Assembly: GCA_964016885.1 (NCBI GenBank)
Contig: OZ024764.1
Span: forward strand, 5,332,001-5,396,000
Direction of reading: 5' to 3'
Origin: Eledone cirrhosa
Lineage: Eukaryota
DNA length: 64,000 bases
Positions 51,381 through 64,000 of the stretch are shown here, piece by piece. The notes under the pieces are model-generated. The model searched no databases. It was not told the DNA's origin and saw nothing but the letters and a program-made list of their open reading frames with translations. Each line of letters starts with the position of its first letter. The first letter of the stretch is position 1. A program made the translations under genes and the position numbers.

Positions 51381-52170
51381 GTAGGGTAGGGTACCATAGG
51401 GTAGGTTACTGGAGGGTAGGTTACAGTAGGTTAGGGTACCATAGGGTAGGTTACTGGAGGGTAGGTTACCATAGGGTAGGTTACCGTAGGGTAGGTTACT
51501 GTAGGGTAGGTTACCATAGGTTATGTTACCATAGGGTAGGTTATTATAGGGTAGGTTATTATAGGGTAGCTTACAATAGGCTAGGTTACCATAGGTTAGG
51601 TTACTATAGAATAGGTTACAATAGAGTAGGTTACCAGAGGGGAGGTTACGATAGGGTTGGTTACCGTAGGGTAGGTTACTGTAGGGTAGGTTACTATAGG
51701 GTGGGTTACCATAGGGTAGGTTACTGTAGGGTAGGTTACCATAGGGTAGGTTACCATAGCGTAGGTTACTATAGGGTAGGTTACTGTAGGGTAGGTTACC
51801 ATAGGGTAGGTTACTGTAGGGTAGGTTACTATAGGGTAGGTTACCACAGCGTAGGTTACTATAGGGTAAGTTACCATAGGTTATGTTACCATAGGGTAGT
51901 TTACCGTAGGGTAGGTTACCACAGCGTAGGTTACTATAGGGTAGGTTACTGTAGGGTAGGTTACCGTATGGTAGGTTATTATAATATAGGTCACCATAGG
52001 GTAGGTTACCGTAGGGTAGGTTACCATAGGTTAGGTTACTGTAGGGTAGGTTACGATATGGTAGGTTACCATAGAGTAGGTTACCATGGGATAGGTTGCC
52101 ATAGGGTATGTTACCATACCATAGGGCTGGTTACCATAGGGTAGGTTACCATATGTTTGTTAAGGTTAGG
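51381..52170. repeat. 15-bp tandem satellite
   Basis: Same unit as 984-1940. Confidence 0.97.
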
Positions 52171-54339
52171 CTACGCTGGTTTACTCGGTGAGTTAAAACT
52201 CACTTGTGACTGTAGTGTTTTAGAAGAAGTGTCTTAATCTTTAGTGCGCCACTAAATTTTTTAACTATTTCCCCTGAAACTGTTTTTTTTTTTGGGTGTC
52301 GTCTTATGAATCGAATAGTGTCGTATAGGACTATCTGGCATGTTTTCTATGGCTGGATGCCCTTCCTAACACCAACCACGTTTACAGTGTGGGGACTGGG
52401 AGGTTTTTACCATGTTAACTACACGGCCAATTTACAGCGTGGACTGTGTGTTTTATTGTCATGACACCTACACAACCTCATTTATTTAGGACTGGATGTT
52501 GTGTGACCAACATAATTTTACAGAGATGGGGGTGGGAGTAGTGGGGTGGGGGCGTATATTTGGTTAAGAGGTGCCTACTGACTGTAGGTTTCGCTTTGTA
52601 CTTAGGCAAGGGGGATCTTCTGTATTACTGCGTAGCGCCAAAGATCTCGGTCCAGTGACATTGTCTTAGAGAGGTGTAAGTGTGTAAGGTCGGAATTTAT
52701 CAAATCGTTCCAGGATTTTCTGGGTCTGCCTACTCCGTAACTTCCGTCAATTTTGATCACCCTGCACTTTTTTATAAAGCTGTTGTTTTACACACGCATA
52801 ACGTGACCATACCAACGTAGTCTTCTCTCGAGTAAACAGCATCTGATCCCTCTTATTCCTAATTTCTCACTTAGTTCATTTATGCTTTGCCGTTCACGTA
52901 TATTACTATTACACATCCAGCGGCGTATTCATGCTTCGTTCCTCTCCAGTCTGAAACAAACTTCAACAAATGAGACAACCACTTAATAACCTATAGATCA
53001 AGTGAGCCCACCAGCCAGATAGATTTCATTGTTACCAGAAGACAGAGTGACTGTTATAAACACAAAGTCCCTCCCTAGTGAAGAATGCACCTCCCAAAAT
53101 ACCTTAGGAGACAACCTGGAAGAAAAGAGTATAGATCAAAATCAAAAGGTCTTAAAGTCAATTTGGTAAAGACTAAAGTTCTAGTAAGTAGAAAGGAAAG
53201 CTGGGCCCAGATCTCTTCAGGTAAACTGTCCTGCTCAGTGATATATGCAAATGGCAATATATGTAAATGGCAAAACATAAATGTACTGGGAGAGAAATTA
53301 GGCATAAGAGGGATTAGATGCAGTGTGCAGGAGAGGGATTGTTTTGGTATGGACATGTGATATGTATGAAGGGTGACAGCAATATAAAAAGGTGCATAAC
53401 GCACAAAGTTTACAGAAGCCGTGTAGTGGGCAGGTCTAGGAAGACTTAGGGTGAGGTAAGGAAAGCTGACTTTGTACAATTACACCTAGCTAAGGCAATG
53501 ACACAGGATGGTGACCTCTGGCGCTATACACAATTATAGAGGACCTGCCCTCATAAATCCACGAGCTGAGGCATATATCTAGTATGTAACACCTTCCCCA
53601 CCATCATCCCTCCCAAACACCTTAATTGATGTTATCATCCCACCCCTATAACTACATCCACAATCCACCAGACATTTTCCCTACCAACACCCCACACAAG
53701 TTCTCAACCCTCACCATAAAGTGGTCCCACTGCAGCCATGACAAAGATGTCCAGTCCACACTGTACAGTGTTCATGTAGGTGTCCCTACAAAAAACACCC
53801 AGCTCACTGTGTAAATGTGGTTGGCATTAGAAAGGACTTGCAACCATAAAAACCAAGCTAAAGTCAGTTACATGTGAGTGAAACATGGTCCTCTGACCTG
53901 ATCTCCCACAATGGGACAACCCAGCCAACACATTGCCATTTCTTAAGTGCCTTTCCAGAGATCAAGGTAACTGGCACACACAAGTCAGTCAGAGAATACC
54001 TTCTTTATTTAAGGCTTTTAACATCTGAAGCCAGATTTCATCTTCCCCAGCAGTTTTACTACATTTGAGCACTTTAACTGTTCTCGTGACCTCAGCCTCT
54101 GAGAGATTAGTCACCACTCCCAGATACACCTCATCTACATCCAAAGATGCTGTTGTGATCGGGTTTAGGAGGTCAGCAGCATATTCTCCCACCTTGTGAG
54201 GATGCACCTCTCTGAACACAGGAGTACCCCAGATTCATACTTGATAGCAGGTGTGGAGGAGGGCTTCATATTACGAAGTCGGTGGATGATCTGCCAAAAC
54301 ATTTTATGTGCATATGTATGTATATATATATATATATAT

Positions 54340-56180
54340 CATCATCATCGTTTAATGTTCATCTTCTACGCTAGCATGGGTTTGGATGGGAATTTTCCCA
54401 CTTGAGGCAAGATTGGTTATCTTGCTCGTATAGGACTGTCTGGCAGGTTTTCTACGGCTGGATGCCCTTCCTAACACCAACCACATTTACAGTGTGGGTC
54501 TGGGAGGTTTTTACTGTGTTACCTACACGGCCACATTACAGCCTGGACCGTGTTTTTTTTTTGTCGTGACACCTACACGACCTCATTATTTCGGGCTGGA
54601 TGTTGTGGTACCAACATAACTTTACATCGAGAAGGGTGGTGTGGATGGGGTGGGGGTAGTTGGACGGGGGTGTATTTTGGTAAGAGGTGCCTACTGAGTG
54701 TAGGTTTCGCTTTGCACTTAGGCAAGGCAGGTCTTCTGTATTACTGCGTAGCGCCAAAGATCTCGGTCCAGTGACATTGTCTTGGAGAGGTGTAAGTGTG
54801 TGAGATCGGAATTTATCAATTCGTCCCAGGGTTTTCTGAGTCTGCCTACTCCGTGGCTACCATCTATTTTGATCGCCCTGCACTATTTATACAACTGTCG
54901 TCTTTCATGCGCATCACGTGACCATACCAACATAGTCTTCTCTCGAGTAAACAGCATCTGATCCCTCTTATTCCTAATTTCTCACTTAGTTCATTTATGC
55001 TTTGCCGTTCACGTATATTACACATCCAGCGGAGCATGCAAACTTTGTTCCTCTCCAGTCTGCGTAGATCCTCTGCACACAATGCCCAGGTCTCACTGCC
55101 ATGTAACATTGCTGTTCGTATGCAGGCATCATACAGCCTGCCTTTCATTTTTAGAGAGAACCCTTTAGCGGCCAATAGTGCTATAAGCTCTCTGAACTTT
55201 TTCATTCCAGTTCTGACTCTAGCTACTGTACTTTCAGAGCACCCTCCACCACTGCTGATTTTGTCACCCAGGTAACGGAACGTGTCCACTATTTCTATAG
55301 AACCATCTGTGCAATGGAATGAGCTAGTATTTTGTGGGCACTTGCTGCAACTTATTGCATCTGAGCACCGGCCACATATAAAATCTATATTCTGAGTTAG
55401 CTTACCTGTGATCCCACTACATGTTTTATGCACCCACACTTTGCATTTGGGACATAAAAGGGAGTTTCTGCCTACTCCTTTCCTGAGCATGGCCATTTCC
55501 CAGATGGGACCAGTGCCCTATTTTCCCTCCTACATACTAGAACTTTAGTCTTAGACAGGTTAATTTTAAGGCCTTTTGATACTAGGCCATGCTTCCATGT
55601 TTCAAATTTCTTCTCTAGTTCAGCCATTGATTCAGCTATAAGCGTTAGATCATATGCGTATAGGAGTTCCCATGGGCAGCCGGTCTTGAACTCCTCTGTT
55701 ATAGCCTGAAGGGCAATAATAAATAGGACGGGGCTAAGGACAAAGCGCTGATGAACACCAACTTTTACGCTAAACTCTTCACTATATTCGTTGTTAATTC
55801 TAACCTTGCTGACTGTTTCTTTATACATGGCTTGTATAGCTCTCACAAGCCATTCATCAACACCTAGTTTTCTGAGAGCCCACCAGATAATGGGGCGTGG
55901 GACTCTGTTAAAGGCATTCTCCAAGTCAAAAAAAGCTAAGTAAAGGGGTTTACTTTTAGCTAGGTACTTCTCCTGTAGTTGTCATACAATGAAAAGAGTG
56001 TCTGTGATACTTTTACCTGACACAAACCCAAACTGCATTTCATCTAGATCAATTCTCTCTCTGATTAGTTGCGCTATTACTTTTTCTGTGACGCTCATGA
56101 ACTGGTCAATTAATTTAATGCCTCTATAGTTTCCCCTATCTAGGGCATCTCCTTTACCCTTGTAGCAGTTAATGATGATG
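54340..56180 (-). mobile_element. RTE LINE RT pseudogene (paralogue of 4120-5960)
   Basis: ORFs 55472-55924 and 54864-55496. Confidence 0.9.
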
Positions 56181-56591
56181 ATATATATATATAAAAGAAA
56201 AAGGATTTCGCTTCAAGCATATCTTTATACAATATGTATAAATATTTCGTATCTCCAAAGAAATACGGTTTTAGGAAGCCTTAGCTCTGCAAACCCTGGG
56301 GGGCTAACGTCCTCTGGTGATGTCCAGCAGAAGCAAGGGGGACAACCGTCTATGCATTTCAGGCTTAACTGACCATCATCAGGACAGTCCCGCCCACTGC
56401 TTGCGACTGCTGGCCAGTTAAGTATGAAATGCATAGACGGTTGTCCCCCTTGCTTCTGCTGGACATCACCAGAGGCCTTGAAACCCTAAGTCCCTTTTGC
56501 TCTGTGTATGAACAGAAATAAATAATGTAATATATATATATGTATGTGTGTGTATCTATTTATATATTTAACTATATTTTTCTCATTACAG

Positions 56592-56624
56592 GATACACTT
56601 CACTAATAGACAAAAGAAATTGAT
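56592..56624 (+). CDS. Putative micro-exon 12 (33 nt; IHFTNRQKKL)
   Basis: TTTTTCTCATTACAG | 33 nt | GTAAGT. Phases 0 and 1 contain stops. Confidence 0.72.
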
Positions 56625-57455
56625 GTAAGTGTTACCTTAACATACTGTCTAACCATTGTTTAATCTGCTCCTCCCTCTACCTCTCCCTTTATACACACAC
56701 ACACACACACATATACCCCTATATATATATGTATACACACACAAATATATACACATATATACATATATATATACACACATATATATACATATATACAAGC
56801 GAGACACGGCCTGCTGACCAATCTCGCCTTAAGTGGGACAAAACCGTCCAACCCATGCTAGCATGGAAGATGGACTTTAAATGATGATGATATATACACA
56901 CTGACACATATATATATACATATATATATACACATATATATACGCATATATTTATATATATATATGAGTTCAAGTCCGCCGAGGTTAACTTTGCCTTTCA
57001 TCTTTACGAGGTCGATAAAATAAAGTACCAGTGGTGCACTGGGGTAATCGCTGGCCTTGTGCCAAAAGTAGAAACTATAATTATATATATATAACCAAAG
57101 ATTAATATGGTTCGTTGATTACTCAACGAATACAGTTTTACAATAGATTAGAAGCACTCAACAGTGAAAGTTTTCCTGAACTTTTTAATATTAACAAATG
57201 AAAAATATTCTCATAATCAAAATATATACTTTATTATATACATTTCAAAGGTATATGACATACCTCTACGGTCTTGATTCTTCAATTCCAGTATTGCAGT
57301 CACTGCCAATACTGGAATTGAAGAATCAAGACCGTAGCGCTATGTCATAATCATATATTTTGTCTGATGAGGACGTACTGAAAAAACAACAATATATATA
57401 ATAAAGTATATATTTTGATTATGCGAATATTTTTCATTTGTTAACATTTTGAATA

Positions 57456-57529
<74 letters not shown>

Positions 57530-57595
57530 AGGTAAAATGAATAATGAAAGAGTTGCAAGCCGTTAAAACATATCTTTATAAAGCTCTTACATATG

Positions 57596-57633
<38 letters not shown>

Positions 57634-57864
57634 TCATCATTTTATGTCCGCTTTTCCCTGCTTGCAGGGGTTGGGCTCTCACCACCACTGGCCATGTTTT
57701 TCGTGGTCTTCCTTTTACTGGGATTTTTTAGCACCTCTTTACCCAGCGGTCATCCTCGGTGCACATCACTTGTCCATACCATCTCAGTCTTCTCTCCTGC
57801 ACATCACAACTTATCCCCAGTTTCTCTCTCAACTCATCTATGCTCTTGTCGTTCATGCACATTG

Positions 57865-57909
<45 letters not shown>

Positions 57910-58067
57910 TATAAGGGATAACAAAATATCCTTATAGGTAATCCAGGTAGAGGTTGTGAATACTCTGTATTGTGGTTAGTCTTAGTCTACGGCGTTGTTT
58001 GACTCAACAAGAGGTTTCCGTAGGTGGCAAGTATTTGAGTTCTCTTGAATTCCTATGTAAGTTTATC

Positions 58068-58900
58068 TTGGTAAAGACTAAAGTTCTAGTAAGTAGAAAG
58101 GAAAACTGGGCCCAGATCTCTTCAGGTAAACTGTCCTGCTCAGTGTGCACAAAAGGAGTAGGTAGAAATTCCATCCTATGTCCCATATAGAAATGATGGG
58201 TACACAAAAGATGTGGGATCTCAGGGAGGCTAACAAAGAAGGTAGCTTCTACATGTGGCCAATGAACAGGAGCAGGAAATATCAACAACTCTCAGGTTAC
58301 AATCTCCTTCAAATACCCAGAAGTCTCTGTAGAGGTGGTAGATAGTTTCTGTTACCTAGGTGACTAAATCAGCAGTGGAGTAGGGTGGTCCAAAAACTCA
58401 GTAAGCAGAGTGAGATTAGATTGGAGAAAGTGCAGGGATCTACTACTACTGCAAACTATAAAACATTTTTCCATCAAAATGAAGGGCCGACTGTATGATG
58501 CAGGTATACAAACAACAATGTTGCACAGCAGCGAGACCTGGGCACTGTGTGTAGAAGATCTGTAAAGATTGGAAAGAAATGAAGCCTCCATGCTTCAATG
58601 GATGTGCCATAGTAATATATGCAAATGGCAAAACATAAATGTACTGTGAGAGAAATTAGGCATAAGAGGGATTAGATGCAGTGTGCAGGAGAGGGATTGT
58701 TTTGGTATAGACATGTGATGTGTATGAAGGGTGACAGCTGTATAAAAAGGTGCCGAACAAACAAAGTTGACAGAAACCGTGGAGTGGGCAGGTCTAGGAA
58801 GACTTGGGATGAGGTAAGGAAAGCTGACTTTGTACAATTACACCTAGCTAAGGCAATGACACAGGAGGGTGACCTCTGGCGCTATGCACAATTATAGAGG
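58068..58900 (+). mobile_element. RTE LINE 3' fragment
   Basis: Paralogue of 13231-14065. Confidence 0.85.
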
Positions 58901-59515
58901 ACTACATCCACAATCCACCAGACATTTTCCCTACCAACACCCCACACAAGTTCCCAAACCTCACCATAAAGTGGTCCCGCTGCAGCCATGACAAACGTGT
59001 CCAGTCCACACTGTACAGTGGTCTTGTAGGTGTCCTGCCAAAAATCAATATTGGGCCTTAAAACCTTGAGTCCCTTTTGTTCTGTGTATGAACATAAATA
59101 ATTGTTTCTACTTTTGGCACAAGGCCAGCAATTATCCAGTGCATTACTGGTACTTTATTTTATCGACCCCGTAAGGATGAAAGGCAAAGTTAACCTCGGC
59201 GGGATTTGAACTCAGATCATACAGGGAGGTAACTATGCTTCAAAGCATGGCGTCCGACCCTCTACCGATACTGCCAATCCACCGCCTGAACATAAATAAA
59301 TAATTGTTTCTACTTTAGGCACAAGGCCAGCAATTACCTAGTACATTACTGGTACTTTATTTTATCGACTCCGTAAGGATGAAAGGCAAAGTCAACCTCG
59401 GAGGGATTTGAACTCAGATCGGAAAGGGACGTAACTAAATAAATAATGTAATATATATATATGTATGTGTGTGTGTATCTATTTATATATTTAACTATAT
59501 TTTTTGTAATCACAG

Positions 59516-59557
59516 GACTGATACAAAGGAGAGTACCGCTCTAGAAAAGAATGAGGA
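59516..59557 (+). CDS. Putative micro-exon 13 (42 nt; TDTKESTALEKNE)
   Basis: TTTTTTGTAATCACAG | 42 nt | GTAAGT. Phase 0 has TGA and phase 1 has TAG. Confidence 0.72.
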
Positions 59558-59610
59558 GTAAGTTTTAGTTTTACATACTATCTAACCATTATTCTATCTG
59601 TTCCTTCCCG

Positions 59611-59658
<48 letters not shown>

Positions 59659-59885
59659 AGATGTATTATTGGTTGTGTAAAACGGTCCAATAAATTTTTG
59701 TTAGCAATATTAAGTCCTCCACGCTTTTGTATATCTCCAATTCCATTCAAGGGAACAGCTAGATGATGTAAAACGGAGTATTTGTATCAAAATGAAAATC
59801 CAAAGGCAAGGTAAAATTTCCAATCATTTTAATCACGTCGTGATTAAAATGATTGGAAATCTTACCTTCCTTCGGATTTTCATTT

Positions 59886-59943
<58 letters not shown>

Positions 59944-60544
59944 GACTCCTCTTATAAACCACGTTGGCTATTATGACTCTCTCTTTCCCTCTCTATGTTG
60001 GCTATTATGACTCTCTCTCTCTCCCTCCCTCCCTCTCTATGTTGGCTATTATGACTCTCTCTCTCTCTATGTTGGCTATAATGACTCTCTCTCTCTATCT
60101 ATGTTGGCTATAATGACTCTCTCTCTCTCTCTATGTTGGCTATTATGTCTCTCTCTCTCTATCTATGTTGGCTATTATGTCTCTCTCTGTTCAAGCTTTA
60201 TGAAGTTAGTTGAACATCTTCAAAGTCCTCCCATATTCGCCTTGTCTAATATGCGTTCTTGTACCTGATTATTTCCCCCAAATCTCCTGGGATGTTATAA
60301 ACCATGATGGCTACCTATCTCACAATTTCTCTCCTGCCCACCCCCTCACACCACCATAGTCTATTCGACCAATCAAACCTCAGAAACATGTCCCCACCCA
60401 TTACCAACCCCAACAAACTCTGCCATTACTACTACTTCTACTTTTCTTCTAGCCCTTACCAGCCCCAACAAACCCTGACATTATTACTACTATTGTCCTT
60501 CTAGCTATGGGCTGAGGATAAATGGGGCTACCCCAAATTAATAA

Positions 60545-61930
60545 ATGAATATGAATCCGCGAGTTACCAAGCACCCATGCAAAGCTTTAATTCAGAGACA
60601 GGAAGCATACACACCCCACTGCAAAAATTCACCCTTTCCCACGAGTGGTGGCAAATGCCCAAAACTCCGAGTTGGAACCATCAATGTAAGCACAATGAAA
60701 GGAAGAGCAGGAGAAATTGTAGAGATGCTAGAGCGAAAGAAAATTGATGTATGCTGTGTGCAAGAGACTAGATGGAGAGCAGGGTCCGCTGGAGTCCTTG
60801 CAGGCAGAAGTCAGTGCTACCAATTTGTCTGGGTAGCAAATGACAACAGGATGGGAGGTGTAGCTATCCTATTAGCTGACAAATGGGTAGATAAGGTAAT
60901 CTCAGTGAACAGGGTGAATGCAAGAATAATGAAACTTGGACTAGTCCTGAATAAAACAATTGCCACAATAATATCAGCTTACGCACCCCAATTGGGGTTG
61001 CCAGCTGACTATAGCGGGGAATTTAGTTTAGAGGTCGGTGTCCACCAGGGCTCTGTTCTTAGCCCACTCCTGTTCGTTAAAGTATTGCAAGCAATAATGG
61101 AGGTGATTATGACCGGATGCCCATGGGAACTCCTATATGTGGATGATCTCACACTTATAGCCGAATCTATGGTGGAACTATACTTGCTCAGTATGTAGGA
61201 AAGGAGTAGGCTGGCTGCAAAAGGCTTTACCCTCAAAATGAAAAGCAGACTGTATGATGTGGGTATACGAATAGCAATGTTACATAGTAGTGAAACCTTG
61301 GCGCCGTCTGTGGAAGACTTGCATAGATTAGAAAGAAATGAAGCCTGCATGCTCCGATGGATGTGTAATAGTAATATACGCGAACGGCAAAGCATAAATG
61401 AATTGAGAGAGTGACTGAGCATAAGAGGAATGAAATGCTGTGTGCAGGAGAGGAGGTTGAATTGGACATGTGATGCGTATGAAGGATGACAGCTGTATAA
61501 AAAGGTGTAGAGCAGTAGAAGTCGATGGAAGCCGTAGAGTGGGGAGACCCAAGAAGAGCTGGGATGAGGTGATAAAAGCCGACCTTACCCAGTTGCACCT
61601 CTCAAAGGCGATGACACAGGACCGTCACCTCTGGCATCAAGCAGTAATACAGAAGACCCGACTCCCCAGGGCTACAAGCGGAAGCTGAAGCGTATGCTCC
61701 CACCCTCTCCGACTGTAAAGTGGACGTATAGGCGCCACAGACAAAAAGCACCCAGGACTCACTGTAAATGAGGTTGGTGTTAGGAAGGGCATCCAGCTGT
61801 AGGAATCAAGCCAGAATCAGTTCCTGTATGAGCAAGACAAGGTCAGCTGAACAGACACTGCCCACAACAGGACAACCCGTCTAACCCATGCTAGCGTGGA
61901 AGAATGGACGTAAAACAGTGATGAAGATGA
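60545..61930 (+). mobile_element. Internally deleted RTE LINE (EN-RT fusion) retaining the native C-terminus
   Basis: Paralogue of 16896-18108, but keeps about 175 bp (61580-61755) deleted in the other copies. Confidence 0.9.
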
Positions 61931-61934
61931 TATA

Positions 61935-63220
61935 TCATATATGCCAGTGTACAAGTTGACATTTGGAGCCTAAAAATATCTCTCCAAAACCAGGGGTCGA
62001 CTTGTCTGCTGAATATAGTATGTTACCTTTACCACTGAGGGGTAAACAGTGAAACTGCCTGCCTAACACTTGTTGTACACCACTTACCATAACTCTAGCA
62101 ACCCACCACATTTATTTCTACTGAATCTCATATTTGTTAAGTTTAACGTAGAGATTATAGTAATATCAATGTCTTGCTGTAGCTTATAGGGTAGGATACT
62201 GTAGCGTAGGTTACCATAGGGCAGGTTACTGTAGGGTAGGTTACTATAGGGTAGGTTACCATAGGGTAGGTTACTGTAGGGTAGGTTACTGTAGGGTAGG
62301 TTACTGTAGGGTAGGTTACCATAGGGTAGGTTACTGTAGGGTAGGATACTGTCTGGTAGGTTACCATAGGGTAGGTTACTGTAGGGTAGGTTACTGTAGG
62401 GTAGGATACTGTAGGGTAGGTTACCATAGGGTAGGTTACTGTAGGTTAGGTTACTATAGGGTATGTTACCATAGCGTAGGTAAACTATAGGGTAGGTTAC
62501 CATAGGGTAGGTTACTATAGAGTAGGTTATTATAGGGTAGGTTACCATAAGGCAGGTTATTATAGGGTAGGTTACTATAACATAGGTTACCATAGTGTAG
62601 ATTACCTTAAATTAGGCTACCATAGGGTAGGTTACTATAGGTTGTTACCATATGGTTGGTTACCATAGGGTAGGTTACTGTAGATTAGGTCACCATAGGG
62701 TAGGTTACTATAGGTTGTTACCATAGGGTAGGTTACTATAGGGTGTTACCATAGGGTAGGTTACTGTAGGGTAGGTTACTGTAGGGTAAGTTACCATAGG
62801 GTAGGTTACCATAAAGTAGGTTACTGTAGGGTAGCTTACTATAACATAGGTTACCATCGGGTAGGTTACTATAACATAGGTTACCATAGGGTAGGTTACT
62901 ATAACATAGGTTACCATAGTGTAGGTTACCATAGGGTGGCTTACCATGGGTTAGGTTACTATAGGGTTGGTTGCCATAGAGTAGGTTACCATGGGATAGG
63001 TTGCCATAGGGTATGTTACCATACCATAGGGCTGGTTACCATAGGGTAGATTACTATAAGTAGGTTACCATAGGTTTGTTAAGGTTAGGCTACGCTGGTT
63101 TACTCGGTGAGTTAAAACCCACTTGTGACTGTAGTGTTTTAGAAGAAGTGTCTTAATCTTTAGTGCGCCACTAAATTTTTTTAACTATTTCCCCTGAAAC
63201 TGCCTTATTTTTTGGGTGTC
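61935..63220. mobile_element. pogo/Tigger-like element, right end truncated, with 15-bp satellite (about 62185-63090)
   Basis: Best-preserved left TIR: TA|TCATATATGCCAGTGTACAAGTT. Confidence 0.65.
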
Positions 63221-64000
63221 GTATAGGACTATCTGGCATGTTTTCTATGGCTGGATGCCCTTCCTAACACCAACCACGTTTACAGTGTGGGGACTGGGAG
63301 GTTTTTACCATGTTAACTACACGGCCAATTTACAGCGTGGACTGTGTGTTTTATTGTCATGACACCTACACAACCTCATTTATTTAGAACTGTATGTTGT
63401 GTCACCAACATAACTTTACAGAGATGGGGGTGGTGTGGATGGGGTGGGGGGATGGGGGCGTATATTTGGTTAAGAGGTGCCTACTGACTGTAGGTTTCGT
63501 TTTGTACTTAGGCAAGGCGGGTCTTCTGTATTACTGCGTAGCGCCAAAGAGCTCGGTCCAGTGACATTGTCTTAGAGAGGTGTAAGTGTGTAAGGTCGGA
63601 CTTTATCAAATCGTCCCAGGTTTTTCTGGGTCTGCCTACTCCGTAACTTCCGTCAATTTTGATCACCCTGCACTTTTTGATACAGCTGTCGTCTTACATG
63701 CGCATCGCGTGACCATACCAACGTAGTCTTCTCTCGAGTAAACAGCATCTGATCCCTCTTATTCCTAATTTCTCACTTAGTTCATTTATGCTTTGCCGTT
63801 CACGTATATTACTATTACACATCCAGCGGCGTATTCATGCTTCGTTCCTCTCCAGTCTGAAACAAACTTCAAAAAATGAGACAACCACTTAATAACCTAT
63901 AGATCAAGTGAGCCCACCAGCCAGATAGATTTCATTGTTACCAGAAGACAGAGTGACTGTTATAAACACAAAGTCCCTCCCTAGTGAAGAATGCACCTCC

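Noticed and set aside
51212-52144. 310-aa ORF of VGYHR repeats, and all VGYxR/VTYPM ORFs
   Set aside because: Translation of the 15-bp satellite. Open frames occur on both strands and break at random between paralogues.

Overview
Eukaryotic, repeat-saturated DNA with no intact long ORF. The RTE-type LINE tails (AACCCATGCTAGCATGGAAGATGGAC...GATGATGAT), tRNA-derived SINEs and dense (TA)n/(CA)n/(CT)n tracts suggest a cephalopod, probably Octopus; this is inference. The window is a mosaic tandem segmental duplication with a period of about 17 kb. It is built from decayed RTE LINE fragments, SINEs, a pogo/Tigger-like non-autonomous element carrying a 15-bp satellite, a Helitron scrap and several fold-backs. 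Two non-trivial systems are embedded in it. (1) Thirteen + strand micro-exon cassettes of 27, 33 or 42 nt have canonical AG/GT(A/G)AGT borders and a single reading frame (phase 2-2) open in all of them. Their exon sequences diverge much faster than their intronic flanks, almost always non-synonymously, which suggests a diversifying micro-exon gene whose first and last exons were not found in the window. (2) A 467-bp tandem/inverted non-coding element carries an intact minimal type I hammerhead ribozyme (retrozyme or Penelope pLTR-like), and three further families of decayed hammerheads are present. All calls were made by eye; repeat boundaries are approximate and splicing is unproven.
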